This document shows positions 33,612 to 42,365 of a DNA stretch of 51,816 bases, piece by piece. The first letter of the stretch is position 1. Each line of letters starts with the position of its first letter. The stretch is taken from positions 1 to 51,816 of the forward strand of contig CAZMTN010000003.1 of NCBI GenBank assembly GCA_964569655.1, in the 5' to 3' direction. A program made the translations under genes and the position numbers. Under the pieces are notes generated by a model that was not told the origin of the DNA, made no database searches, and was given only the letters and a program-made list of their open reading frames with translations. This stretch comes from an uncultured Candidatus Saccharibacteria bacterium (GTDB lineage: Bacteria; Patescibacteriota; Minisyncoccia; Phycocordibacterales; Phycocordibacteraceae).

Positions 33612-33909
33612 CAGATAAGGATAGGGAAGTGACTTCTCTATTCCATTTTGAACCGGATCACTTCCCTGGGATTCTGAGATTTACGGGGAAGTGCCCTGAA
33701 GGACGCATCGCATTCGGAAAAGTAAAAGAAAAGAGAGCGGAAAATTTGAGTCTTGAAAAATATTCAAGGCAAATGCAAGGGCGGGGAGGGAATGAGAAAT
33801 ACGAATTTGACCGATCACGTACCGTAGGGAAGCTTTATCTGAGCGCGTCGCACAATATACCTTTTGCGATGCGTTCTAGGAAGAAAGGCCTTCCCTCTAG
33901 GAATCACCT
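33612..33909. ncRNA. Candidate ~300-nt structured non-coding RNA of unknown class
   Basis: Gap between convergent genes with at least six 9-12-bp complementary segments; G-U pairs favour the + strand. Confidence 0.4.
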
Positions 33910-33927
33910 GCTATCGGTCCCTTCGTA

Positions 33928-34179
33928 CTATTCTCCTACCAGATGCCTCGTAAAATGTTTCTTGATCGTTGCGTCGAGCGCTTTGCTGAACTGTATCGCG
34001 TGCTTCGGGGTCAGGACGATTTCAGCCACCAGTTGGCCGGCGGGCGCATTCGGCCTCAGGTACGCGAACTGAATGACCACGGAGTCGTCCGATACGGTCA
34101 CCTGGGTCGCATTCGAGAAGCTCGGCTTGGCATCCGCGGGCATGGTGACTGGCATGGCTCGATTCTTTTTGGATTCCAT
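33928..34179 (-). CDS. DUF3467-like small protein
   Basis: FSNA-V, VVIQFAY, IVLTPKHA-F-KAL pattern. Confidence 0.65.
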   Translation of the reverse strand: MESKKNRAMPVTMPADAKPSFSNATQVTVSDDSVVIQFAYLRPNAPAGQLVAEIVLTPKHAIQFSKALDATIKKHFTRHLVGE

Positions 34180-34185
34180 AGAGGA

Positions 34186-34380
34186 TTAGGTTAGCGATCT
34201 GAGCCAGTCTACGCCATCCTCAAGGAAAGATACGATGAAGTCCCAGCCAGTCTCGATGAGATCACCAACGTAGTCGAAATTCGCCTGGCCAGCAGGAGAG
34301 TTGATGATGCTCTGGATGGTGATCCCGAAGAATGAGAGCACGAGCAGCGCTACGATCCCGTAGAATATGAGTCTGAGCAT
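34186..34380 (-). CDS. Small membrane protein, 64 aa
   Basis: N-terminal TM, amphipathic C-terminus; TATCAT 6 nt upstream. Confidence 0.7.
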   Translation of the reverse strand: MLRLIFYGIVALLVLSFFGITIQSIINSPAGQANFDYVGDLIETGWDFIVSFLEDGVDWLRSLT

Positions 34381-34488
34381 CCCTCAATGATACCGCACGG
34401 AATTCTCGCTTGGACCTGATTTGCACAGCCTCCTCCCCTGCCCTGTCCGGTTCTCGGCCGACCGAGATTCATGAAACTTTGGCGTATT

Positions 34489-35832
34489 TTAAAGGTAGGA
34501 CATCGGATTCAAGTATCCGGTCGGAGGAGATACGGGCATGGTCGCGTTAGAGCAGCCTGTCCTGCTGCCGTCCCCGCGGTATTGGCCGAGCGACATGATC
34601 TGCACGCCACTGGCTGCGTACACGCCGAAATGAAGGTGCGGGCCGGTCGCGTAGCCGGTCATGCCTGAGTTCCCTATCACCTGCCCCATGCTTACGGATT
34701 GTCCGGACGATACGTTGATCGATGAGAGGTGCGCATACAACGTCGCGAGCCCGTTCGGATGCTTGATCATGACCCACTTGCCAAACGAGTAGCATCCCGG
34801 CACCGCGTCCGTATTGCCGATGCCGAGTACCGAGCCTGAAGCAGCGGCCTGGACTGGCGTACCGACCGGAGAGCCCATATCGATGGCGTTGTGGCCGTTT
34901 CCGTTATAGATCTGCGGATTCGCGGTTGAGAAAGGAGTATTCCCGAAATACTGCGTGATACAGAAATTATTCCCCAGCGCGGCGGCCTTACCTTTGCAGG
35001 TAGCCATGAACTCGGCAGAATACGGCCATGCGAGCACGCCCGTTCCGATGGCCGGAACGCTCGCCGATCCGACCGACGTGAGGCTTGCTTCGAGCGCATT
35101 AAGCGCAGCCTCGAACGACTTCTGCTCGGCGCGCTTCTTCGCGATGAGGTCCTGATAGACCGTCTCCTGATTCTTCGTCTGCGCGAGAAGCTTGTTCTTC
35201 TCGGCGATGGCGATATCAAGCTGCTTCTTCTCGTTCGCGAGCTTAGTGTTGAGCTCGGTGAGCTGCGACTTCTGCTTGTCCTCTGCGGTCTTCTGCTCCG
35301 AGAGGTCTTCCTTGGCGCTCGTGAGATCGGCGGTGTGCTTCTTCAGCGCCTCGTTGAGCGCCATGTTAGCGTCCACCGCGGACCAGAGGTCCCCGAGGCT
35401 CTGGGAGGAGAAGACGCGCTCTGAGAGCGATGTCGTGTCCGCCTCGGCGATCTCTCGTATGGACTGCGCGAGTATCTGGCGGTCGAGCTCTATCTCGTAC
35501 TCGGTCTGAGTGATCTCGCCCGAGAGCTGTTTCAGCTTCAGGTTGCTCGCGGAAATCTGATTCTGGGTCACCTTGAGCTGTGACGTGGTCTGCGCGCGAG
35601 AGGTATCGATGGTCTTGATGGTGGTCTGCAGCGTCTGCTTCTGGGTCCCGAGGATATTCAGCTGGTTCTGGAACGTGGCGATCTCATCCTCGATAGCCTT
35701 GATCTTGGCGTTGTGCTCTTCGATCTGGTCTTGGATGTCGCTCTGGGCCTGCGCCGGAGAGACGAAGCACGCCAGGAGAAGGAATGCGGCGCTCAGGTAA
35801 GCGAATTGGAGCGCGTGCGTGCGAAAGGTCAT
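34489..35832 (-). CDS. M23 metallopeptidase with long coiled coil (EnvC/MepM-like)
   Basis: Signal peptide, heptad coiled coil, HNAID (HxxxD), YAHLS, GYATGPHLHF (HxH). Confidence 0.92.
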   Translation of the reverse strand: MTFRTHALQFAYLSAAFLLLACFVSPAQAQSDIQDQIEEHNAKIKAIEDEIATFQNQLNILGTQKQTLQTTIKTIDTSRAQTTSQLKVTQNQISASNLKLKQLSGEITQTEYEIELDRQILAQSIREIAEADTTSLSERVFSSQSLGDLWSAVDANMALNEALKKHTADLTSAKEDLSEQKTAEDKQKSQLTELNTKLANEKKQLDIAIAEKNKLLAQTKNQETVYQDLIAKKRAEQKSFEAALNALEASLTSVGSASVPAIGTGVLAWPYSAEFMATCKGKAAALGNNFCITQYFGNTPFSTANPQIYNGNGHNAIDMGSPVGTPVQAAASGSVLGIGNTDAVPGCYSFGKWVMIKHPNGLATLYAHLSSINVSSGQSVSMGQVIGNSGMTGYATGPHLHFGVYAASGVQIMSLGQYRGDGSRTGCSNATMPVSPPTGYLNPMSYL

Positions 35833-35853
35833 CAGCACCATTGTACGACAGAG

Positions 35854-37287
35854 CTAAAGCCGAGCAAGCGCAGCGGACACGCGGGACATCGCCTCAGCCC
35901 TGCCTAGTATGGAAATAAGCGTGAACGGATCCGGGGATTGATCCCGTCCGGAAAGGGCGTACCGGAGCGGGTGAAGGACGGCCCCCCTTCCCCCCTTCCC
36001 TTTGGCCTCCTCCGCGTCGGCAAGCGGCATGAGGGCCGCCTTGGCCTCCTCGCCCGTAACCTCGTCAGAAAGCGCTCCCAGCGCCTCCAGGAGGGTTTGA
36101 AGGGCTAGTTTGGTAGCTCCTGGGCGCTCCGCCGGCTCCTTAGCCAGGAGCCTAGCGGTATCCAGCTCCGGGGCGAAGAATAGGTGCTTCAATTCGTCCT
36201 CCAGCATGACCTTTGCCTCCCCGAACGTACGGGCACGGTCCTTGAGGAGCGAGACGGCCTTCATGAGCTTCGGATTCTCCTCAAGGCCTCCGCGGCGGAC
36301 ATACTCCGCATCCGTGAGCTTGCGCATCCACTGCTGGTTGATGTGGAGGAGCTTGTCCTCGTCGAATCGAGCGCCAGCCTTCTGCAGATGCGTGATTTCG
36401 AACTGGGCGATGAGTTCCTCGACGGACAAGATCTCTTGATCGGAATTGGAAGGATGCCAGCCGAGGAGCGCAAGGAAGTTGACCATGGCCTCCGGCAGGT
36501 AGCCGTCCGCACGGTACTCGAGGAGGTCCTTGGCGCCATCCCGCTTGCCGAGCTTCTTCGTTCCCTCCGACCCGAGGATGACGGGCATCGTCGCGATCTC
36601 AGGGCGCTCGATGCCGAGCGCATCATAGAGCGAAAGAAACTTCGGCGTGGACGAGATGAATTCCTCCCCGCGCATGATATGCGTGATCTTCATCTCGAGA
36701 TCGTCGATCACGTGCGCGAAGTTGTAGGTCGGATAACCGTCCGCCTTGATGAGTATGAAATCGTCGAGCGCCTCCTCGCCCGCAGAGAGTTCGCCGCGCA
36801 CAAGGTCGTTCCAGACGTAGCGCTTCACTTCCGGCACCTTGAACCGGAGCGGCTGCGTGCCGTCCCAGGTGCCGAAGGTTTCGGGACGATGCTCGCGGTA
36901 GAGGAAGGGGCGCTTCTCCGCTTCCGCCTTCTTGCGGAACGCTTCCACCTCTTCCTCGGTGAAGGGATCAGGGTACGCGTGTCCGGCATCGATGAGCTGC
37001 TGCGCGTACTTCCTATAGGAATCGAGGCGCGCGGACTGGAGATACGGCGCGTAGGGGCCGCCGATGTCGATACCCTCGTCCCACTCGATGCCGAGCCATT
37101 TCAGTGACTCCTGGATGTGTCCGACGGACCCCTCCACTTCGCGTGCCTTATCCGTGTCCTCGATGCGCAGGATGAACTGGCCGCCGTGCTTACGTGCGAA
37201 GAGCCATGCATACAGCGCAGTCCGGACGCTGCCGACATGCATGAAGCCGGTTGGGCTCGGGGCGAATCTGGTGCGGACGGTGCTCAT
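35854..37287 (-). CDS. gltX: Glutamyl-tRNA synthetase
   Basis: RTRFAPSPTG-MHVG, LRIEDTD, PTYNFA-VIDD, KLGKRDG. Confidence 0.97.
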   Translation of the reverse strand: MSTVRTRFAPSPTGFMHVGSVRTALYAWLFARKHGGQFILRIEDTDKAREVEGSVGHIQESLKWLGIEWDEGIDIGGPYAPYLQSARLDSYRKYAQQLIDAGHAYPDPFTEEEVEAFRKKAEAEKRPFLYREHRPETFGTWDGTQPLRFKVPEVKRYVWNDLVRGELSAGEEALDDFILIKADGYPTYNFAHVIDDLEMKITHIMRGEEFISSTPKFLSLYDALGIERPEIATMPVILGSEGTKKLGKRDGAKDLLEYRADGYLPEAMVNFLALLGWHPSNSDQEILSVEELIAQFEITHLQKAGARFDEDKLLHINQQWMRKLTDAEYVRRGGLEENPKLMKAVSLLKDRARTFGEAKVMLEDELKHLFFAPELDTARLLAKEPAERPGATKLALQTLLEALGALSDEVTGEEAKAALMPLADAEEAKGKGGRGAVLHPLRYALSGRDQSPDPFTLISILGRAEAMSRVSAALARL

Positions 37288-37289
37288 AC

Positions 37290-38444
37290 TTATGCGGCAG
37301 CCTGCTCAGGCGTCTCGTGCGTGAGCGCGATGCGGATTGCCTCTTCGGCGATGAGGCGCGCGGCGTTCCCGGGCATGAAGGCGCTTCCCTTCTCTGCCAT
37401 GCGCGCCGACAGCGCCTTGTCCGACACGATGCGCCGCGCCTCGGATACGAGCACGTTCGGCGTGAGGTTGGTCTCCTCGAGCACGGCAGCGCCGCCCGTA
37501 TGCGCGTACGCGTACGCATTAGTGCGCTGGTCGTGGCTCACCGTCTCCGGGATAGGGATGAGGATAGCCGGCTTCTTCCAATGCGAGATCTCCGCAATGG
37601 CCGTGGCGCCGGCGCGCGAGATGATGAGGTCTGCGACTCCCGACGCGCGACGCATCGCGTCCGCGGAAAGATACGCGAACGGATGGTAGCGGCTCGCGTG
37701 CGGATTATCCTGCAGCACCACCTTGCTCATGCTCTCCACCGTACCGATCTCCTTCTTCCCTGTCTGATGGATGACGTTCGCGAATGCGACCATATCCGAA
37801 AGACCCGCGAGCACGGTCTCGTTCATGCGCTGCGAGCCGGTCGAGCCGCCGAGAATGAGGACGGTGGGCGCGTCATCGAGACCGAGCTCCTGGCGAGCGC
37901 CCTCAGGCGCGGGACCCGTAAGCTCCTTCCTGATCGGGATGCCCACGAGCGCGATCTTCCCGCGTACCTTCTCCGGGAAGTAAGAAGCTGCTCCCGGAAA
38001 CGCGATGCCGATGCGTTCCGCATGCTTCGCGGCAAGGAGGTTCGCGCGGCCCGGCTTCGAATCCGATTCATGGACGATAACCGGGATGCCGATGAGGCGA
38101 GCCGCGAGCGTCACCGGGACGCTGCCGAATCCGCCGCGAGAGACGATGACGTCTGGGTAGATGCGGAAGAGCTCGTACACCGCGTCTACGAACCCGAAGA
38201 TGGTGTGGGCGACGTCGATGACGTTCTGGATCGAGAAATAGCGGCGGACCCTGCCCGCATCGATGCGAACGAAGACCATATTGTTCTGGAAGAGGGCTTC
38301 CTGGTCGTACGGCTCCGGCGCAAGGTAGTAGAGCTTGGGGGTGACGAGTTGCCGCTCCCCGACGACATCGCGGATAGCCTCAGCTATAGCGATGAGGGGG
38401 TAGAAATGACCGCCGGTTCCGGCTCCCGTGAACACAATCTTCAT
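37290..38444 (-). CDS. murG: Lipid II GlcNAc transferase
   Basis: TGAGTGGHFYP, GGFGSVP, HESD-PG-AN, G-PIR, LILGGS-GS, ISRAGA, HDQR-NA. Confidence 0.95.
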   Translation of the reverse strand: MKIVFTGAGTGGHFYPLIAIAEAIRDVVGERQLVTPKLYYLAPEPYDQEALFQNNMVFVRIDAGRVRRYFSIQNVIDVAHTIFGFVDAVYELFRIYPDVIVSRGGFGSVPVTLAARLIGIPVIVHESDSKPGRANLLAAKHAERIGIAFPGAASYFPEKVRGKIALVGIPIRKELTGPAPEGARQELGLDDAPTVLILGGSTGSQRMNETVLAGLSDMVAFANVIHQTGKKEIGTVESMSKVVLQDNPHASRYHPFAYLSADAMRRASGVADLIISRAGATAIAEISHWKKPAILIPIPETVSHDQRTNAYAYAHTGGAAVLEETNLTPNVLVSEARRIVSDKALSARMAEKGSAFMPGNAARLIAEEAIRIALTHETPEQAAA

Positions 38445-38490
38445 ACGTATAAGGATACTACCATTCCCGGCCCTATACGCCTCCGGGCTG

Positions 38491-38976
38491 TTAGCGGGTA
38501 GCTGAGATCTCTTCCCCGAGCTCCGCGGCTGGCGCGGATACCGTATAGCGACCCCCTGCATCCGCCTCTACCGTGTAGCCGGTATCATAGGTCGCCGCGG
38601 AATCCCATGATGCGCCGTCCGCCTTCGGATCCACCGGAAGCTGGGATGGGATATAGGTCGGCGTGAGGCAGCTCAGGTCCACTGAATCAGCGCCGGAGCT
38701 CTTGATGGCGAGCGTCTCCCCTTCCTCGATGGCGGGACAGGTGTACGTCGTACCGTCGTACTCGAAGCTGCCTTCGAATACGCCCTTGTTATCCGCGATG
38801 CGCTGGCCGATAGCGTTCAGGATGGTGGTAACGTTGCTGGTTCGCTGGCTATTGCGCGCCTGGGCGAACTGTCGTGACGGATTGAGCGCGACGAGCACGA
38901 TCGCCGCGAGCACCGCGATGATGCCGATGACGACAAGCACTTCGATAAGCGTGAATCCCCTATTTCGAGACGTCAT
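38491..38976 (-). CDS. Type IV pilin (major-pilin-like)
   Basis: RG|FTLIEVLVVIGIIAVLAAIV, NP-RQF-ARN, LPVDP, Cys pair. Confidence 0.92.
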   Translation of the reverse strand: MTSRNRGFTLIEVLVVIGIIAVLAAIVLVALNPSRQFAQARNSQRTSNVTTILNAIGQRIADNKGVFEGSFEYDGTTYTCPAIEEGETLAIKSSGADSVDLSCLTPTYIPSQLPVDPKADGASWDSAATYDTGYTVEADAGGRYTVSAPAAELGEEISATR

Positions 38977-39334
38977 GATAGGTAAGGTCGGTTACGTTGA
39001 ATGTAACTTCTAAGGCGGTTACGGCATGACTGTATGTCCCTGAAACTGAAGAAATCCTCAAGATGCCGTCCTTTTCCACAGGTCCGATGCTGCAGACCCC
39101 GCCTTCGAGCGCGTACTCCTCCTCGCCCGCGTACCATTCATCTTGCATGAGGTTCAGGAGCAGGATCGACTTGCACGCACCTGCGAGGAGCTCGCTCCTC
39201 TCCTTATATAGGCGCTCCAAGCCGTTTGCGCGAACGTAGAAGGCACGGGTACTCCCTGCGATGACGAGGCCGAGCATGAGCACCGAAAGAATCAGCACCG
39301 ACGTGAGCGCAACGAATCCTCTAGGAGCCATCAT
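38960..39334 (-). CDS. Minor pilin, PilX/GspK-like (no Glu+5)
   Basis: RG|FVALTSVLILSV, A-AC, G-C. Confidence 0.75.
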   Translation of the reverse strand: MMAPRGFVALTSVLILSVLMLGLVIAGSTRAFYVRANGLERLYKERSELLAGACKSILLLNLMQDEWYAGEEEYALEGGVCSIGPVEKDGILRISSVSGTYSHAVTALEVTFNVTDLTYHDVSK

Positions 39335-39725
39335 AGACAATATGGAATGCTCGCCCGTCGAGAGCGAATGACACGCCGAGCACGCCGTCTTCCTCGGCCA
39401 CGGAGAACGCGGATGCCGATACGCGCTGTGACGTAAGCGGCGTTCTATCGCTATCCTCCGTGAGCACGAGAGTTCCGTCCTCAAGCGTCAGCTCTGTCGT
39501 CCGCGCGGCCCCACGCATGGACAGGCGATCAGAGACATGAGTAACGGATTCAGCTTCCGAAAGTAGCTGCTCGATCTTCGCCGTTACGAACATGCCCTCG
39601 CTCTCGATGGTGATCGCTTCGCGCTGTGCCGCCTCGAAGGCGCTCATCGAGTAGAAGCTCGTTGTCGCCCCGACAAGGAGGAAGGACAGCAGCGACAAGT
39701 AGATGATGGTCTCGAGAATGCTCAT
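39321..39725 (-). CDS. Minor pilin-like protein starting directly at the mature N-terminus
   Basis: MSILETIIYLSLLSFLLVG (Glu at +5); ATGA overlap with the upstream stop. Confidence 0.75.
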   Translation of the reverse strand: MSILETIIYLSLLSFLLVGATTSFYSMSAFEAAQREAITIESEGMFVTAKIEQLLSEAESVTHVSDRLSMRGAARTTELTLEDGTLVLTEDSDRTPLTSQRVSASAFSVAEEDGVLGVSFALDGRAFHIVYDGS

Positions 39726-41089
39726 GGAGCGAATACGGTAAGCGCAGGCTCACTCCCCTTCGCGACCCATAGTCGGCCGCTCACCAGTTCGAGCCCAGCG
39801 GCTGTCATGCTCGGGAAGGCGTACTGATCAATCCGTTCCGGCTGCTCGACATCCTCGATATCCCAGAGCTCGATCCTGCGCGTCGAAGGCGTCGCGCTGA
39901 AGGCCGCTGAGAGGAAGGCGCGGTTCCCGTCGAGGATGATCTGCGAGACGTCCTTCTGCGGCACTTCCCCGCTGCCGATCGGTTCGAGCGGCGCGGAGAG
40001 ATCTGAGACGTCAAAGATGTAGAGCTCGGGCCCGTCTACGTTCGAGGCCCTGCCGAAATAGAGCAGGTCCCCCCGGAGCGCGAGACTCTTCCCGCCATCC
40101 CCTCCCCCGTCTGATCCGAAGTCAGACACGGCGACGGGCGCCACGGGTACGGAGAAAGCATTGCTGACGTCATAGACGGCAAGCTCCTTGTCCTCGTGCG
40201 CAGTGGCGGCGTACAGGAGTCCGCCGCGGACCTGCAGGTCGCGTATGGTCGTATTGATATTTGTCCCCACGCCGAGCTCAATGATCCACGAGGGGTACTC
40301 GGCATTGAATATATGCAGCTCGGGCTGCGCGCCGATGATGTAGCCGTTGCTCACATACAGGCGTTCATCATAGTAGTGGACCTGGCCGCCGTGCCCTGCA
40401 TTAGTCTGCGTGGTGACGCCGTGCAGCGAGCGCACCCCGATGAGTTCCGGCTCTTGCGACACATCTATTACGGCAAGCTGCCCAGTGCTCGTGGCGAGGG
40501 TCGCGAATACGTATCGCTCCTCGCCAAGGTGCACCGCATCGATATCGTTAACAGCTGCCGGCAGCGAGAACGAGGGCTCTTCCCACCCGTCGTCGTAAAT
40601 GAGGAAATACGGTTCCTCGCTGAGCCCCAGATAGAAGGTATCCCCTACCGCATCCATGGCGGTGACTGATGCCGCGAACGAGAACGTCTCGGCCGGCTTA
40701 AGGGCATCAAACTCTGCGGACGAGGCCGGCTCGCAATCCCCGCCGAGCCTCCCCGACTCCTCAAGATCAGCTTCGTACGAAACGAGCGCGAGCGGAGCTA
40801 TGTGGGTCCAGCTCGCAGGCCGCACCGAGGCGGACACCTTCCGCATGCACCGTGTCCCGTGCGTTACCGAGCGCGTAGCCGCATAGACGACACCATTGCG
40901 CTCCTCAGTCGTGTCCGCATTCCCTCCTACGATGATCGAACGGGCTATCGCGAGCGTCTCGGCATCCGCTTGTACCGTGCGAGCGCTACCCGCATCCTGC
41001 ACGAGCACCGCCGCGCTCAGGGAGATAGTGAGAATCCCAAACGCGATGAGGAGCTCGAGCGTGATGCTCCCCCTTAGCGGATCTGCCAT
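39722..41089 (-). CDS. Pilin-like protein fused to an LVIVD-type beta-propeller
   Basis: RG|SITLELLIAFGIL; repeated L-V/I-Y/F-DVS units (LAVIDVS, LAVYDVS, LYIFDVS, IELWDIE). Confidence 0.8.
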   Translation of the reverse strand: MADPLRGSITLELLIAFGILTISLSAAVLVQDAGSARTVQADAETLAIARSIIVGGNADTTEERNGVVYAATRSVTHGTRCMRKVSASVRPASWTHIAPLALVSYEADLEESGRLGGDCEPASSAEFDALKPAETFSFAASVTAMDAVGDTFYLGLSEEPYFLIYDDGWEEPSFSLPAAVNDIDAVHLGEERYVFATLATSTGQLAVIDVSQEPELIGVRSLHGVTTQTNAGHGGQVHYYDERLYVSNGYIIGAQPELHIFNAEYPSWIIELGVGTNINTTIRDLQVRGGLLYAATAHEDKELAVYDVSNAFSVPVAPVAVSDFGSDGGGDGGKSLALRGDLLYFGRASNVDGPELYIFDVSDLSAPLEPIGSGEVPQKDVSQIILDGNRAFLSAAFSATPSTRRIELWDIEDVEQPERIDQYAFPSMTAAGLELVSGRLWVAKGSEPALTVFAP

Positions 41090-42357
41090 TCCTTCTCCTG
41101 TCGCACGAGCTTCGAGGCATCATCCGGATCCGCGAGCAGCGCCTTCACTACGCGCTCCGTACGGATCGACTGCGAGCCTTTGATGAGCACCACATCTCCC
41201 TTCTGTATGAAATCTGACAGCATAGCGGCTGCCGCCTCGGAAGAATCGAGCGAGTAGATCCTGTCCTCCGCGAACCCGGTCTTGCGCGCTGCCTCGGCGA
41301 TCTTGCGCGCGCGAATGCCGACCGTGACGATCACGTCCGCGCATGCGGCAGCCTCCGTGCCGATTCGCTCATGCTCTTCTACGGAGTACCTCCCGAGCTC
41401 GAGCATATCCCCGAGCACGACGATCCTCCGTTCGTGCGGGATGAGGCAGAGCGCGGCGAGCGCCTCTTTGACTGCTGCCGGGGAAGCGTTATAGGAATCG
41501 TCGATGAGCGTCGACTCGTTCTTGCCGCGAAGCAAGCGAGAACGCCCCGGCGGGGGCGCGTATGATTTCAGTCCGGCGACGACATCCTTGAATCCGAATC
41601 CGAGCGCGCATGACACGGCGCATGCTGCGGCGACCGCAAGCAGCTGCTGCTTCCCGAGCGAGCCCTGCACGGCGATCTCGTGCTCCTCATCCCTATAGGC
41701 GAGCTTAGCTGCCATGCCGCGGGCCGCATTCTCCTCTATATGCACGTGCTCATCCTTGATGCGCGCGTCGGCATCCTCGTCGAAACCGAAGGTAGTCACG
41801 GATGCCCGGAGCCTCGATGCGTACATGCGGGCGTACTGGTCGTCCGACGCGATGATGAGCGGCGCGCCGGGAGCGAGGCCGTATGCGGGGACGAATTCCT
41901 CCTCGCGGACCGCTTCCGGAGAGGTATAGGCCTCTACGTGCACCGGGACCTCAGGAAGCCTCGTGACGACGACCGCATCCGGCGTGATGGTGCGCAGCGT
42001 CTTCGCGAGATCCCCGGGGCGATCAGCCCCGACTTCGAGCACGAGCACGTTCGGATAGTGGTTCGGGAGCACGATGAGCGCCAGGGCCTCCCGCATCACG
42101 CGCACCCAGCCGATGCCGCTATTCCACGGATTCCTGGCACCGATGACGGTCAGCGGCACGCCGAACTGGGTGTTATGACTCTTCTCGCTCGCGCGCACGA
42201 AGGTGCGCTCGCGGAGCGCCGCGGCGATCGCATCCTTGGTGGAGGTCTTCCCGACGCTGCCGGTGACCATGATCACCGTAGGCTTGTACTTGCGCACGAT
42301 GAAGCGCACGAGTAGCGCGAGGAGGAACACGACGATCGACTTTAGCGCAGACTTCAT
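41074..42357 (-). CDS. murF: UDP-MurNAc-tripeptide:D-Ala-D-Ala ligase
   Basis: VTGSVGKTSTK, SHNT-FGVPLT, LEVGAD-PG, DDSYNASP, LGDMLELG, IKGS. Confidence 0.9.
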   Translation of the reverse strand: MKSALKSIVVFLLALLVRFIVRKYKPTVIMVTGSVGKTSTKDAIAAALRERTFVRASEKSHNTQFGVPLTVIGARNPWNSGIGWVRVMREALALIVLPNHYPNVLVLEVGADRPGDLAKTLRTITPDAVVVTRLPEVPVHVEAYTSPEAVREEEFVPAYGLAPGAPLIIASDDQYARMYASRLRASVTTFGFDEDADARIKDEHVHIEENAARGMAAKLAYRDEEHEIAVQGSLGKQQLLAVAAACAVSCALGFGFKDVVAGLKSYAPPPGRSRLLRGKNESTLIDDSYNASPAAVKEALAALCLIPHERRIVVLGDMLELGRYSVEEHERIGTEAAACADVIVTVGIRARKIAEAARKTGFAEDRIYSLDSSEAAAAMLSDFIQKGDVVLIKGSQSIRTERVVKALLADPDDASKLVRQEKEWQIR

Positions 42358-42365
42358 AGGCTCAG

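Noticed and set aside
33670-33909. Calling this region RNase P RNA, tmRNA, T-box or cobalamin riboswitch
   Set aside because: Only partial resemblance; hallmark motifs (GAGGAAAGUCC, tRNA-like ends, T-box GGUGGNACC, B12 box) are absent, and no downstream gene exists for a leader
33629-34072. 147-aa ORF on the + strand
   Set aside because: GTG start, no promoter or SD, overlaps the DUF3467-like gene antisense, atypical Lys/Arg-rich composition; the structured-RNA reading fits better
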